The translations under genes were made by a program, and so were the position numbers. The notes below the pieces were generated by a model that had not been told where the DNA came from, ran no database searches, and worked only from the letters and a program-made list of their open reading frames with translations. Shown one piece after another: positions 37,807 to 48,124 of a stretch of DNA of 64,000 nt. Position 1 is the stretch's first letter; every line of letters begins with the position of its first letter. Source of the stretch: Syntrophales bacterium (GTDB lineage Bacteria > Desulfobacterota > Syntrophia > Syntrophales > UBA2210); contig CAXXNF010000002.1 in NCBI GenBank assembly GCA_963666365.2, positions 864,001 through 928,000 of the forward strand, written 5' to 3'.

Positions 37807-39087
37807 ATGTTTGAAATTGAAAACCTGGGAACATGCACAATACCAACACCGATTTCGGCGGATCATTTTATCCAGGACGGGCAACGCCTTCTCGTGGACC
37901 ATTACATCACTGCGTCCTCACCTGTCCCGAAATCGGAGGCAGCCTCTCTGGAGTTGGCGGGACCAAGAGAAACTATTTACTTCGATCCTTCAAAGGTCAA
38001 AGCCGCAGTCGTCACCTGCGGAGGCTTGAGTCCCGGCCTCAACGACGTAATTCGCGCTGTGGTGATGGAGCTTTTTTATCGATACGGAGTCAGTAATATC
38101 ATCGGAGTAAAATTCGGATTTCAAGGTCTCATTTCCCGCTACGGTCACCCCATTGTTGAGCTTACTCCGAATATTGTGAAAGATATTCATATGTTGGGGG
38201 GTAGCATTCTTGCATCGTCGCGGGGAAAGCAGGATATAGTCGAAATGGTCGACTCGCTTTTGAGAATGAATGTCAATCTTTTCTTCTGTATAGGCGGCGA
38301 CGGCACTATGAAGGCCACCAAATTGATTTCAGAGGAAATAGGCAGGCGCAACCTGAAAATATCAGTGATTGGAATTCCGAAGACCATTGATAATGACCTT
38401 AACCTCATTGATAAAACATTCGGCTTTGATACTGCCATATCGGAAGTGGTAAAGGTTATTCAATGCGCCCATGTAGAAGCGAAAGGCGCTCCTCGGGGCA
38501 TTGGTCTTGTAAAAATAATGGGACGTGAGTCGGGCCATATTGCCGTTAGTGCGACACTTGCGAATAACGATGTCAACTTTGCCCTCATTCCGGAGGTTCC
38601 CTTCGATCTCAAAGGTGAACAGGGATTTCTCGCCGTTCTTGAAGAGCGCCTTCGCCGCTCCGACCATGCACTGATACTTGTCTCGGAGGGGGCCGGCCAG
38701 AACCTCTTTTCAAGCGAAAAAGGACAGGAAACCGATGCTTCAGGCAATCTGAGGCTTTACGACATAGGGGTTTTTCTCAAAAATGAAATCGAATCTCACT
38801 TTCAATCCAGAGACATAGAAATAAATATTAAATATATCGACCCAAGCTATATCATCAGAAGCGTGCCCGCGAACGCCAGCGACAGCATATACTGCACACT
38901 GCTGGGACAGTATGCAGTACATGCAGGCATGGCAGGTAAAACCGGAATGGTCGTCGGACTTTTCAACAACGAATACGTTCATTTACCCCTTGAGTCCGTC
39001 ACCTCTCGAAAAAAAGTAAATATACGGGGAAATCTCTGGATGAGAACGCTCGAGGCAACAGGTCAACCGCGCTCCATGAAAAATTAA
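37807..39087 (+). CDS. pfkA: ATP-dependent 6-phosphofructokinase (group X type)
   Basis: '[10 protein letters not shown]', 'IGGDGT', 'PKTIDND', 'MGRESG', '[10 protein letters not shown]'. Confidence 0.9.
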   Translation: MFEIENLGTCTIPTPISADHFIQDGQRLLVDHYITASSPVPKSEAASLELAGPRETIYFDPSKVKAAVVTCGGLSPGLNDVIRAVVMELFYRYGVSNIIGVKFGFQGLISRYGHPIVELTPNIVKDIHMLGGSILASSRGKQDIVEMVDSLLRMNVNLFFCIGGDGTMKATKLISEEIGRRNLKISVIGIPKTIDNDLNLIDKTFGFDTAISEVVKVIQCAHVEAKGAPRGIGLVKIMGRESGHIAVSATLANNDVNFALIPEVPFDLKGEQGFLAVLEERLRRSDHALILVSEGAGQNLFSSEKGQETDASGNLRLYDIGVFLKNEIESHFQSRDIEINIKYIDPSYIIRSVPANASDSIYCTLLGQYAVHAGMAGKTGMVVGLFNNEYVHLPLESVTSRKKVNIRGNLWMRTLEATGQPRSMKN

Positions 39088-39214
39088 TACGGATGCGTCG
39101 TCAAAAAAGACTTGCAAAATCAACTATGATAGTTTAGAGAACTTCATTCATTCCTTAGGACATGCGGGAAGGAATGGACTAATTGATCAGAATGATGCGA
39201 AGAGGAGAAAAGAG

Positions 39215-39415
39215 ATGTCTCGAATCTGCGACATATGCGGAAAAGGTCCCACCGTCGGCAACAATGTAAGCCATGCGAACAACAAAACGCGCAAAGTATG
39301 GTATCCAAATCTTCAAAAGATACGTGTCAGGGATGACAAAACCGGCGCCGTAAAAAGAATGAAGGTGTGCACGAGGTGCATCCGTTCGGGACATGTCACC
39401 AAAGCCGTTCAGTAG
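39215..39415 (+). CDS. rpmB: 50S ribosomal protein L28 (Zn-binding form)
   Basis: '[32 protein letters not shown]'. Confidence 0.97.
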   Translation: MSRICDICGKGPTVGNNVSHANNKTRKVWYPNLQKIRVRDDKTGAVKRMKVCTRCIRSGHVTKAVQ

Positions 39416-39443
39416 CCCTCTCTACTAGAAGCACTGCACCGGA

Positions 39444-39476
39444 ACGGTGACGGCACAGCCGCCGTCGCCGTTTTTT
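39444..39476 (+). terminator. Intrinsic terminator after rpmB
   Basis: ACGGTGACGGC-acagcc-GCCGTCGCCGT stem followed by a T-tract. Confidence 0.8.
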
Positions 39477-39518
39477 CGTTTCATTGAATCACGTCCATGA
39501 AGAATAGGAGAATCCGCC

Positions 39519-40076
39519 ATGCCAAAGGTAAAGTTGGGACCTCAGACGTTGCTCTATCCCATGCCTGCTGTACTCATCGGATCAATGGTCCGGAAACGCC
39601 CCAACTTCATGACCGCCGCCTGGTGCTCCATCGCTGCGCTCAAACCGCCGGCCGTCGCTGTTGCCGTTCATAAAACGCGGCACACCCTTGAAGGCATAGA
39701 AGAAACCGGAACTTTTTCCGTCAATGTGCCCTCGTCCGATATGGCCGAAATCGTTGACTTCTGCGGCATCTATTCCGGTCGCAGCAGTGACAAATCAACC
39801 CTGTTCCATCTTTTCTATGGAGTATTGAATTCGGCGCCCCTTGTCGATGAGTGCCCGCTCAACCTCGAGTGCACACTCATCCATACCGTCGACTTGCAGA
39901 GTCACAAATTGGTGATCGGTGAAATTGTGGAAACCTATATTCGTGAAGACTGCCTCGTGAACGGAAAACCGGCGCCTTCGAAAATCAACCCATTGATTTT
40001 CTCCGTCGGAACACTGGAATACCATGAATTAGGGGATGCAATCGGTCGCGCCTATCGCATCGGAAAGAAAGAATAA
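39519..40076 (+). CDS. Flavin reductase-like (flavoredoxin) protein
   Basis: 'YPMPAVLIG', 'NFMTAAW', 'CGIYSGR..DK', 'ECPLNLEC'. Confidence 0.88.
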   Translation: MPKVKLGPQTLLYPMPAVLIGSMVRKRPNFMTAAWCSIAALKPPAVAVAVHKTRHTLEGIEETGTFSVNVPSSDMAEIVDFCGIYSGRSSDKSTLFHLFYGVLNSAPLVDECPLNLECTLIHTVDLQSHKLVIGEIVETYIREDCLVNGKPAPSKINPLIFSVGTLEYHELGDAIGRAYRIGKKE

Positions 40077-40103
40077 ACAAAATGGAGGCAACGTCCTGTT
40101 TCT

Positions 40104-40856
40104 TCATGCCTTCTGAGATGCTGCAGCCTCATTAAGCCCCGTTTCAATGACGGTTCTCACTTTGTTTATGAGATCCTCTTTTGTCTCATTGGTATAGCCA
40201 TCCACCGGTATCGGTTCATGCACCACGACTTCCATGGCGCCTGGAACCATCTTCAGTGTTCCTTTCGGCAGTATGGCTCTTCCTCCTCTCACGGTTACGG
40301 GAAGTATGGGAACACCGGCCGCAAGCGCGATCACAAACCCACCCTTCTTGAAAGGGAGCAGCGCCCCGTCGGTACTTCGTGTTCCCTCCGGGAAAAACAT
40401 GATCGAGGCACCTGCGCGAATTTTTTCTCCGGCGGCCTGGAGACTCTGTCGTGCGTGCGTTGAATTACCCCTGTCGATGGATATGGTCCCTATCCTTTCG
40501 CAGCAGTATCCGAAAAAGGGTATTCTGCGAAGTTCGATTTTCATAACCCATCTGAACTGTACAGGCAGATACCCCATCAACGCGAGCACATCATAATGGC
40601 TCTGATGATTCGCCATTACAATATAGGGCTGATGCGTTGCGATGTGATGGAGCCCCTTTGCGGTGACACGGACGCCTGACATGAAGAGATTGCTGCGCGA
40701 CCAGAACTTACCAAGGTAAAACCCCGCATTCCCCCTATGATCAACAAGAGAAGCCACGAGCGCCATAGCACCGAATATCAGTGTCTGTACGACCACGGAA
40801 CCCATGAAAAACGGACGATAGACAGGAAATAATAATTGAGTGACCGACTTTTTCAT
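40104..40856 (-). CDS. plsC: 1-acyl-sn-glycerol-3-phosphate acyltransferase
   Basis: 'NHQSHYD' (HX4D), 'FPEGTRS', 'FKKGGF'. Confidence 0.9.
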   Translation of the reverse strand: MKKSVTQLLFPVYRPFFMGSVVVQTLIFGAMALVASLVDHRGNAGFYLGKFWSRSNLFMSGVRVTAKGLHHIATHQPYIVMANHQSHYDVLALMGYLPVQFRWVMKIELRRIPFFGYCCERIGTISIDRGNSTHARQSLQAAGEKIRAGASIMFFPEGTRSTDGALLPFKKGGFVIALAAGVPILPVTVRGGRAILPKGTLKMVPGAMEVVVHEPIPVDGYTNETKEDLINKVRTVIETGLNEAAASQKA

Positions 40857-41113
40857 ATCTGCACCTGCACTACATCTTAAATATGAAGAACCGCAAAACG
40901 TTTTCGCGTGTGTAACGGGTTAGAGACCTCCGACCAGCTCATCCCGTCCTGTTGTGAATACCTCCGTTTTTCAAAGAAATCAACCCGCATAATTTGTAAA
41001 ATATACATTCACAACATCTCTCACTACTGCGGGCAGGCTTGAAAAACAGACGTCTTTATGCCATACAATGTTTTTAGTGACAGTGCGGCACGCCGCCATA
41101 GGTGAGTTCATCG

Positions 41114-42109
41114 ATGCATTCAGACACAGATAAGGTAATGCCTGTAGAGGAAGCGGTGGATCGCTTCGTAAAAAACGGCTGCCACATTTCAATCGGCGGT
41201 TTTACGATTAACCGCAATCCTATGGCAGCCGTGTATGCAATTATACGAAAGCGCCTAGAAGGGCTGCATCTTTACGTGCACTCAAACGGGACCGCCGTTG
41301 ATGAGCTCATCGGCGCCGGTTGCGTATCAAAATTGGAACTCGCTTACGGAGGAAATGGACGTCTGGCGCCCACCTGCATTCGCCTGAGAAAGGCGGTCGA
41401 ATCTCAAAGCATCATTTGTGAGGACTATAGCAACTATCAGATGGCGCTACGCTTTCTCGCCGGCGCCATGGGGGTTCCCTTCCTTCCCACCAGATCGTCC
41501 CTCGGTTCGGATATTGTCAATATATGGGGGTTTTCAGAACACATGAGGGCCTGCGACGACCGGATTCCCGACAAAAAACTCGTCGTTATCGAAAACCCTT
41601 TCGGCAGCTGGTGCGCTGCGAGAGAGATTGTTCTCGTCCCCGCAATATGTCCCGATGTCACAATTATTCATGTGCAGAAGGCCGACTCCCAGGGAACCTG
41701 CAGGATTCTTGGAAATACTTTTGCCGATGTCGAGCAGGCAAGGGCCGCCAGGCACGTCATCGTCACCTGTGATGAGCTTGTATCCAGCGAAGAATTACGG
41801 AAAGATCCCGACCGCAACAAGCTCTCCCTGATCGACGTTTCGGCGGTCTGTCCCATCGCCTTCGGTGCATACCCCACCGCATCATTCCGTCTCTATGACT
41901 ATGACGCACGATACATGGCTGAGTATGCAAGATCTGCAGAAAGCGACGATCGCTTTCGTGCATATCAAAATGAATTTATTTTCGGGGTGAAAAACCACGA
42001 GCAATTTCTTGCCTTGATCGGTTCCGAACGACTTGCATCCCTCACTGCAGATCCCCGTAAGGGCTACTCGCTTGAGGGCAGAACGCTCTCACAGGGGAAA
42101 ACCGCATGA
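41114..42109 (+). CDS. Family I CoA-transferase alpha subunit (GctA-like)
   Basis: 'GGFTINRNPMA', 'AGAMGVPFLP', 'PDVTIIHVQKAD..G'; start uncertain (41102 GTG or 41114 ATG). Confidence 0.85.
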   Translation: MHSDTDKVMPVEEAVDRFVKNGCHISIGGFTINRNPMAAVYAIIRKRLEGLHLYVHSNGTAVDELIGAGCVSKLELAYGGNGRLAPTCIRLRKAVESQSIICEDYSNYQMALRFLAGAMGVPFLPTRSSLGSDIVNIWGFSEHMRACDDRIPDKKLVVIENPFGSWCAAREIVLVPAICPDVTIIHVQKADSQGTCRILGNTFADVEQARAARHVIVTCDELVSSEELRKDPDRNKLSLIDVSAVCPIAFGAYPTASFRLYDYDARYMAEYARSAESDDRFRAYQNEFIFGVKNHEQFLALIGSERLASLTADPRKGYSLEGRTLSQGKTA

Positions 42110-42867
42110 ACTTCACTTCCAACGAACAAATGACCATAATGGCGGCACGAGAAATTAAAAACGGTGATATCGTCTTTTGCGGGACCGGCATCTCAATGGT
42201 GGCGGCTATGGCGGCGAAACACATACATGCCCCGGAGAGCATCATTTTTTTCGAAACGGGCTCAATAGATTCTTCTCTCGAAGATATACCGCTTGCCGTA
42301 TCCGATCCCCGGGTTATGTGTGGCGGGTCCTTAAACGGAACGCTCCTTGATGCCTTTTCCACCATGCAGAATCGCACAACAGGCAACCGAGTGATCGGCA
42401 TTGTAGGCGCCGCGCAAATCGACCGATTCGCAAATTTGAATACAACCGTAATTGGTGAATATCATTCACCTCTGGTGCGTCTCGCCGGAAGCGGAGGATC
42501 CTGTGATGTCGCCTCATTTGCACCGCGATTGTGTGTGTTTATGAAACACGAAAAAAGAAGATTTGTCTCGAAACTCGACTACCTGACTAGCCCCGGATAT
42601 ATCGACGGCCCTCAGGGCAGGCAGCGGGCTGGGCTTCCCGAAAGAATCGCCACCACAGTGATCACCGACATGGGTATCATTAGATTCGACCCTGACAGTG
42701 CAGGCATATATCTCGACTGCTGCTATAGGGGAATTGTCCCTGAAACAATTCTTGAAAACACGGGATTTGAACTCGACATATCGCGTGCCGTACCGGCAGC
42801 GCCGCCGACACACAATGAATTGGAAATTTTACGTAAAAAATGTGATCCCGAGGGATATTTTTCCTAG
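42106..42867 (+). CDS. Family I CoA-transferase beta subunit (GctB-like)
   Basis: Catalytic Glu in 'FETG', 'GAAQIDRFANLN', 'GSGG..D', 'TSPG'. Confidence 0.87.
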   Translation: MNFTSNEQMTIMAAREIKNGDIVFCGTGISMVAAMAAKHIHAPESIIFFETGSIDSSLEDIPLAVSDPRVMCGGSLNGTLLDAFSTMQNRTTGNRVIGIVGAAQIDRFANLNTTVIGEYHSPLVRLAGSGGSCDVASFAPRLCVFMKHEKRRFVSKLDYLTSPGYIDGPQGRQRAGLPERIATTVITDMGIIRFDPDSAGIYLDCCYRGIVPETILENTGFELDISRAVPAAPPTHNELEILRKKCDPEGYFS

Positions 42868-42872
42868 CATAC

Positions 42873-43286
42873 TCACTTCAGCAGTAGTTTCTTCAAATTT
42901 TCGAGTTTTATTCGATAGGTGCCGTAGGGCGTTCTTCCATATGCCGTGAAATTCTTTTTTGTAACCAGCGCTATTGTTTCTTTTTTCTCTTTAAGTGTTA
43001 TTTCAATGGTAAGTTCCCCACCTTCGAGAAAAAAAGCGACGGCATGTATGTTCTCAAAAGGAACTGTGTATTCGCCTTTGCCCCTCTTTCCTTCAAGAAA
43101 TGTCTTTCCCTCAATGCTGACCTCTGAGCATTCCGTCAGAACATCGTTTTGATCCACAAAGATCGCACTGAATTTTTTTTCAGGCCTGGGGATAGTCTCT
43201 GACGTAGTATTACCGACAAGCCCTCCCATACCAAGCACAAAGGGAATCGCAATCAGCATGAATGCAACTGCCGTGATTCGTTTCAT
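42873..43286 (-). CDS. Hypothetical exported protein
   Basis: Signal-like N-terminus; 4-nt overlap with the upstream gene. Confidence 0.6.
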   Translation of the reverse strand: MKRITAVAFMLIAIPFVLGMGGLVGNTTSETIPRPEKKFSAIFVDQNDVLTECSEVSIEGKTFLEGKRGKGEYTVPFENIHAVAFFLEGGELTIEITLKEKKETIALVTKKNFTAYGRTPYGTYRIKLENLKKLLLK

Positions 43287-43522
43287 CCTATTTCTCCATT
43301 GTCTATCGCAGTGTAGGTGATTTCATGTTTCAAGTCTGCCAGGATCCTATCGACAAGATCGAGGAAATCTGGAGCAATCAGAAGCTTTATAATTGACTTT
43401 TCGGGGTCGATGGTGGTCGCATAGGCGATTCCTTCATATCCCTCGAGCACATATCTGATATAGGAAATATCCTTCTTATGAACTCGAAGATCACGTTCAA
43501 CCATGTCGCGCTTTTCGGCCAT
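43283..43522 (-). CDS. DUF4911-like small protein
   Basis: 'DISYIRYVLEGYEGIA..TTID' pattern. Confidence 0.7.
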   Translation of the reverse strand: MAEKRDMVERDLRVHKKDISYIRYVLEGYEGIAYATTIDPEKSIIKLLIAPDFLDLVDRILADLKHEITYTAIDNGEIG

Positions 43523-43596
43523 AAATCCACTACTTCCTTATTTTTCCTCAGAAAATAGCATCGGAATCACGAAATATCAAGCAAATAAATCCTGCC

Positions 43597-43625
43597 TTGA
43601 CAGAGCGACCATGCTCGTTTATAGT
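43597..43625 (+). promoter_or_regulatory. sigma70 promoter upstream of recJ
   Basis: TTGACA-N17-TATAGT. Confidence 0.7.
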
Positions 43626-43745
43626 TCCATTGCCGTTTTGGGTTCACCATATCGGAGTGGAGGGACTCATTTGATGACGCCATAGTCCGATACATTTCTG
43701 GATTTGCTCAAACATCGCTTACACACCTTGCTGCGGAGAGATTTG

Positions 43746-45476
43746 ATGCCGACCATATCCCAGTGGAGACTATCCAACAACAACAGTACGGGGAAAAAAC
43801 GTCTTGCTGCCGAGCTTGGCATTAATCATTTAATATCTCAGATACTTATCAACAGAAATATCGAAAGCCCCGATGAGGCGAAAAAGTTTCTTTTCCCTTC
43901 GCTGAAAGATCTTCACAACCCCTTTCTTATGAAAGATATGGAAAAAGGGGTCGATCGTGTAATAGACGCAATAATTCGCGGGCAGAAAATCACCGTGTAC
44001 GGCGATTACGATGCAGACGGTATTACGTCCACCGTTATTCTGGTCAAATTTTTAAAGGAGTGTTGCGACAATGTATCCTTTTACATTCCGGACAGAATCA
44101 GAGAGGGCTATGGACTTAATATAGAGGCCGTCGATATGATAAAGAAAGACGGCTCGCAACTGATTCTGACGGTGGATTGCGGAATTTCAAATCACAAAGA
44201 AATCGATTACGCCTTAACCCTGGGGATTGACACAGTAGTGCTTGACCACCACGAAGTGCCGGAGACACTTCCCCGCGCAACAGCCGCTATAAACCCCAAT
44301 CGCAGGGACAGTGCGTTCCCTTTCCGCTCTCTCGCCGGTGTGGGCGTCGTGTTTAATTTCCTTATCGCCCTGAGAGGGACCCTGCGCAACAGGGGATTCT
44401 GGAAAAACAGGCAATACCCTAACCTCAAAGCCTATCTCGATCTTGTGGCCTTGGGCACCATCGGAGATATGATGCCCCTTGTCGATGAAAACAGAATTTT
44501 TACGAAGATAGGACTTTCAATACTTGACCTTGACAGCAGAGCCGGCCTCAAGGCATTAAAACTCGTCAGTGGTCTTGAAAAGTCCGTCATTGATGCAGAA
44601 TCGGCGGCGTTTAAACTTATCCCGCGAATCAACGCCGCAGGGCGGGTGGGATCTCCTTACGATGCCGTGAAGCTTCTTTTAAGCAACGATTTCAGCGAAT
44701 CCCTTGTCATGGCGGAACGTCTCGATCAATATAACAGTCAGCGCCAAGAGATTGAAAGAACTATCGTCAAGGAATTACTTGAAATAATAGATGCCGAACT
44801 CGATCCTGGGGCACGTAGTTGTTTTGTTTTTTCGTCCACACGATGGCACCCCGGAGTCATCGGAATCGTTGCGTCGAAAATCGTCGAGCGCTACTATCGC
44901 CCTACGGTACTGATCAGCATTAAAGACGGAATCGGGAGAGGTTCCGCTCGAAGCATCGCGGAATATAATCTCTACGAGGGCCTTGAATCAAAATGTTCTC
45001 CCCTGCTTCTTTCATATGGCGGTCATCGCTATGCTGCAGGCATTTCGATTCGAGAGGAGGATATCCTCGATTTTTCCCGCCTCTTAAGTGAAGCGGTCGA
45101 AGTAGACATTGGAGACACACGGCCGACGCCACAGACAGTTATCGATGCTGAATGCACGCTCGGGGACATAGATTTTAATCTCCTTTCGCAGATAGAAATG
45201 CTTGCGCCCTTCGGAAATATGAATCCGGAACCGATATTCTGCGCGAAAGACATTTTCGTGGAATCCCACACGATGGTCGGCAACAACCACCTCAGGATGT
45301 CGCTCAGCGACAACACCATCGGCTATGATTCAATATGGTTTAACAGGGGAAATCTTTTCGGTTCTCTCGACGGTTCAAAAGTGGATATCGCCTTCACGCC
45401 CCAACTCAACCGATGGAAAGGCATGAGCAATATTCAACTGAAAATTAGAGATTTATCGATGAACCTTGCAAGTTAA
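43746..45476 (+). CDS. recJ: ssDNA exonuclease RecJ
   Basis: 'GDYDADG', 'EGYGL', 'TVDCG', 'DHH', 'PRINAAGR', 'GGHRYAAG'; GGAG SD. Confidence 0.96.
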   Translation: MPTISQWRLSNNNSTGKKRLAAELGINHLISQILINRNIESPDEAKKFLFPSLKDLHNPFLMKDMEKGVDRVIDAIIRGQKITVYGDYDADGITSTVILVKFLKECCDNVSFYIPDRIREGYGLNIEAVDMIKKDGSQLILTVDCGISNHKEIDYALTLGIDTVVLDHHEVPETLPRATAAINPNRRDSAFPFRSLAGVGVVFNFLIALRGTLRNRGFWKNRQYPNLKAYLDLVALGTIGDMMPLVDENRIFTKIGLSILDLDSRAGLKALKLVSGLEKSVIDAESAAFKLIPRINAAGRVGSPYDAVKLLLSNDFSESLVMAERLDQYNSQRQEIERTIVKELLEIIDAELDPGARSCFVFSSTRWHPGVIGIVASKIVERYYRPTVLISIKDGIGRGSARSIAEYNLYEGLESKCSPLLLSYGGHRYAAGISIREEDILDFSRLLSEAVEVDIGDTRPTPQTVIDAECTLGDIDFNLLSQIEMLAPFGNMNPEPIFCAKDIFVESHTMVGNNHLRMSLSDNTIGYDSIWFNRGNLFGSLDGSKVDIAFTPQLNRWKGMSNIQLKIRDLSMNLAS

Positions 45477-45488
45477 TACCAAGAAAAA

Positions 45489-47567
45489 ATGTACCGGATA
45501 ACGCGCGCATTAAAAAAAATCCTGAATATCAATCTTCAAAGCCGCCTCATCCTCGGCTTTCTCATCGCCACATGTCTTACAGGCGGCATCGCCACTATCG
45601 TAGGGATACATCTCATCAGCAACAACACCATTGATGAGGTTCAACGAAAGGTCCAGCAGGACATCAACACTGCCCGTCTGATTTACGATCACCATATGGA
45701 ACGCCTTACCAGTCAAATAAACTGGATCGCAGTGCGTTCCCCGCTAGCCCGGATTGTACTCACCGGACAGTATACACAACTCGGCGACCTTTCTGATCTT
45801 ATACGCCACGATCCTGCTGCGGAATATGAACCTGCTTCCATTGATATGCTGTCACTTATCGATTCAAAGGGAAAGGTGCTGTACCGGGTATCCAATCCGG
45901 AGCGTTTCGGTGACACGGCCTTGTGGGATCCCGTCATCAGAATGTGCCTCGACAAGGGGACCTTGCAGTCCTCAACGGAACTGTTTCCCATATCAAGCGC
46001 GCTGGCTGAAAATCCGGCTATTCGGGAACGCACGTCCATGCCTATCATAGAAACCCCTCAGTCAATACGGATCGGCGACACCAAACTCTCCCATGTCATG
46101 GTCATGAGAGTGGCCTGCCCTATTCGTAACAAGGCGGGCGACGTCATCGGCGTTCTTGCCGGAGGCACGCTCATTAACAAGGATTATTCAATTGTCGATG
46201 AGATTAAGAAAACCGTCTATTCCAACGAAAAATATCGCGGCCTTGACATGGGATTCGCCACAATATTTCAGGGAGGCGTACGGATATCGACCAATGTAAT
46301 GACCGAGGACGGCACGCGGGCAATAGGAACTACGGTCTCAAATGAGGTTTATCGAACCGTCGTTGAGGAAGGCAAGCGCTGGATAGGAAGAGCCTTTGTA
46401 GTAAGCGACTGGTACATCAGTTCCTACATTCCCATTTACAACCTCCAGGGCGCCATCATTGGCATGCTGTATACGGGCATACTGGAAGCGAAGTATCGCG
46501 ATATGAAGTTGTCGGCAATGTGGATCTTTCTCGGCATCACCACTATTGGCATTATCGTGGCTTTTTTAATATCCTATACGCTGGGCAATACCATCATAGG
46601 AAGGATTCGTCTTTTGAAGGAAGCCACCGATGTAATCGCCTCCGGCAATCTCGATTACAAGCTCAGGTGTGAACGTTTCTCAGGATTCGACATGCTGGAC
46701 GAGGCATTTAACAATATGACCAGGTCACTTAAAGACCGAGACGATCGACTGAAGAAAGTGTTTCAGCAGCTGACGCGAACGGAACGACTTGCGGCTCTCG
46801 GACAGATTGCAGCCGGTGTTGCCCACGAAATCAACAATCCCCTCGGTGGCATACTCCTGTATGGCAATCTTGTGTTAGAAGAATTGGACCCGGATAAAAA
46901 AGATTTGCGCGCAAACATGGAAAAAATCATCTACCAGACCAATAGATGCAAAGAAATTGTGCAAAACCTTCTGGATTTTTCCAGAACTCCCTCGAGTGAG
47001 CTGCTTCCCTTTCAAATCAATAAGATTATTCATACTTCCCTGAATTTGCTGAAGGATCAATCGATGTTTCATGGAATCAACATCGAAACCCACCTCTCCG
47101 ACACGCTTCCTGACGTGATGGGAGACCAATGGCGTCTTGAACAAGTATTTTTAAATCTCTTTGTAAATGCCGCAGATGCCATGAACGGCAATGGCACGCT
47201 TAAAATTGAAACAAAGCTCATAGAACGATACTCTCACGACGAGACAACCGACGCCATGGAAACGGAAAAGGTCTGCCTTCTGACCAGTACGCGCACGGTA
47301 AAAATAACCGTCTCGGATACGGGCAAAGGCATCGATAAAAGCTACCTTCCCCATATTTTTGAGCCCTTTTTCACCACAAAAGAACCGGGGAAGGGAACGG
47401 GTCTGGGCTTGTCCATAACGTACGGAATTATAAAAAAACATAACGGCTTTATCGACATCGAAAGTGAGGATGGCAAGGGAACAACGGTCACGATCTATCT
47501 GCCGGCGCTGGAAAGGACTCAGGCTCACCCTGAATGGACCGGCGGAGAAGAACGGTACATAGGATAG
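45489..47567 (+). CDS. Membrane sensor histidine kinase (Cache-HAMP-HisKA-HATPase)
   Basis: Two TMs, Cache-like 'ATIFQGGVRISTNV..RAIGT', H-box 'AHEINNPL', 'FEPFFTTK..GTGLGL'. Confidence 0.93.
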   Translation: MYRITRALKKILNINLQSRLILGFLIATCLTGGIATIVGIHLISNNTIDEVQRKVQQDINTARLIYDHHMERLTSQINWIAVRSPLARIVLTGQYTQLGDLSDLIRHDPAAEYEPASIDMLSLIDSKGKVLYRVSNPERFGDTALWDPVIRMCLDKGTLQSSTELFPISSALAENPAIRERTSMPIIETPQSIRIGDTKLSHVMVMRVACPIRNKAGDVIGVLAGGTLINKDYSIVDEIKKTVYSNEKYRGLDMGFATIFQGGVRISTNVMTEDGTRAIGTTVSNEVYRTVVEEGKRWIGRAFVVSDWYISSYIPIYNLQGAIIGMLYTGILEAKYRDMKLSAMWIFLGITTIGIIVAFLISYTLGNTIIGRIRLLKEATDVIASGNLDYKLRCERFSGFDMLDEAFNNMTRSLKDRDDRLKKVFQQLTRTERLAALGQIAAGVAHEINNPLGGILLYGNLVLEELDPDKKDLRANMEKIIYQTNRCKEIVQNLLDFSRTPSSELLPFQINKIIHTSLNLLKDQSMFHGINIETHLSDTLPDVMGDQWRLEQVFLNLFVNAADAMNGNGTLKIETKLIERYSHDETTDAMETEKVCLLTSTRTVKITVSDTGKGIDKSYLPHIFEPFFTTKEPGKGTGLGLSITYGIIKKHNGFIDIESEDGKGTTVTIYLPALERTQAHPEWTGGEERYIG

Positions 47568-47579
47568 CAGAAGAAAACG

Positions 47580-47608
47580 TTGACTTCATTTTGCCGGCCC
47601 GGTAATAT
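47580..47608 (+). promoter_or_regulatory. sigma70-like promoter for response regulator genes
   Basis: TTGACT-N17-TAATAT. Confidence 0.5.
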
Positions 47609-47715
47609 CAAAATACATATGTTCGAATTTTTGGGCTTCATGGCCGCAAGGTGTTTGTCTTCCTAAGAAATTGTGGCGGCAGTGCACATCAAAATTTCAC
47701 TACATCAGGAGGTAA

Positions 47716-48114
47716 GTGAACATGACTTCAGAAATGGGAAAAAAGGTTCTCCTTGTTGACGACGACCAGGATTTCCTGATGGCCACCAGACTTATACTCG
47801 AAAAAGGCGGGTTCAAAGTCGTTGCGGCTGAAGATGGAAAAGCAGGAATAGAAATGGCGGAATCTGAAAAACCCGATATTGCCATTATCGATATGATGAT
47901 GGAGACCTGGGGCGAAGGATTCTCGGTCATTTCAAAAATTCGCGAATTGGAATGCGGCAAAAAAATGCCCCTGATTGTATTGAGTTCAGTCGATCTTCAG
48001 GGACCATACCAATCTTTCGAACCTTCCGACGAGTTCCCTAAGGTTAACTTGGTACTGCAGAAGCCTGTCAAGGCCGAAGACCTTATTTCGTATATAAATG
48101 ATTTAACAAGTTGA
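47716..48114 (+). CDS. Single-domain response regulator
   Basis: 'LLVDDD', 'IIDMMM', 'QKP'; AGGAGG SD. Confidence 0.9.
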   Translation: MNMTSEMGKKVLLVDDDQDFLMATRLILEKGGFKVVAAEDGKAGIEMAESEKPDIAIIDMMMETWGEGFSVISKIRELECGKKMPLIVLSSVDLQGPYQSFEPSDEFPKVNLVLQKPVKAEDLISYINDLTS

Positions 48115-48124
48115 TCACTGTGCT

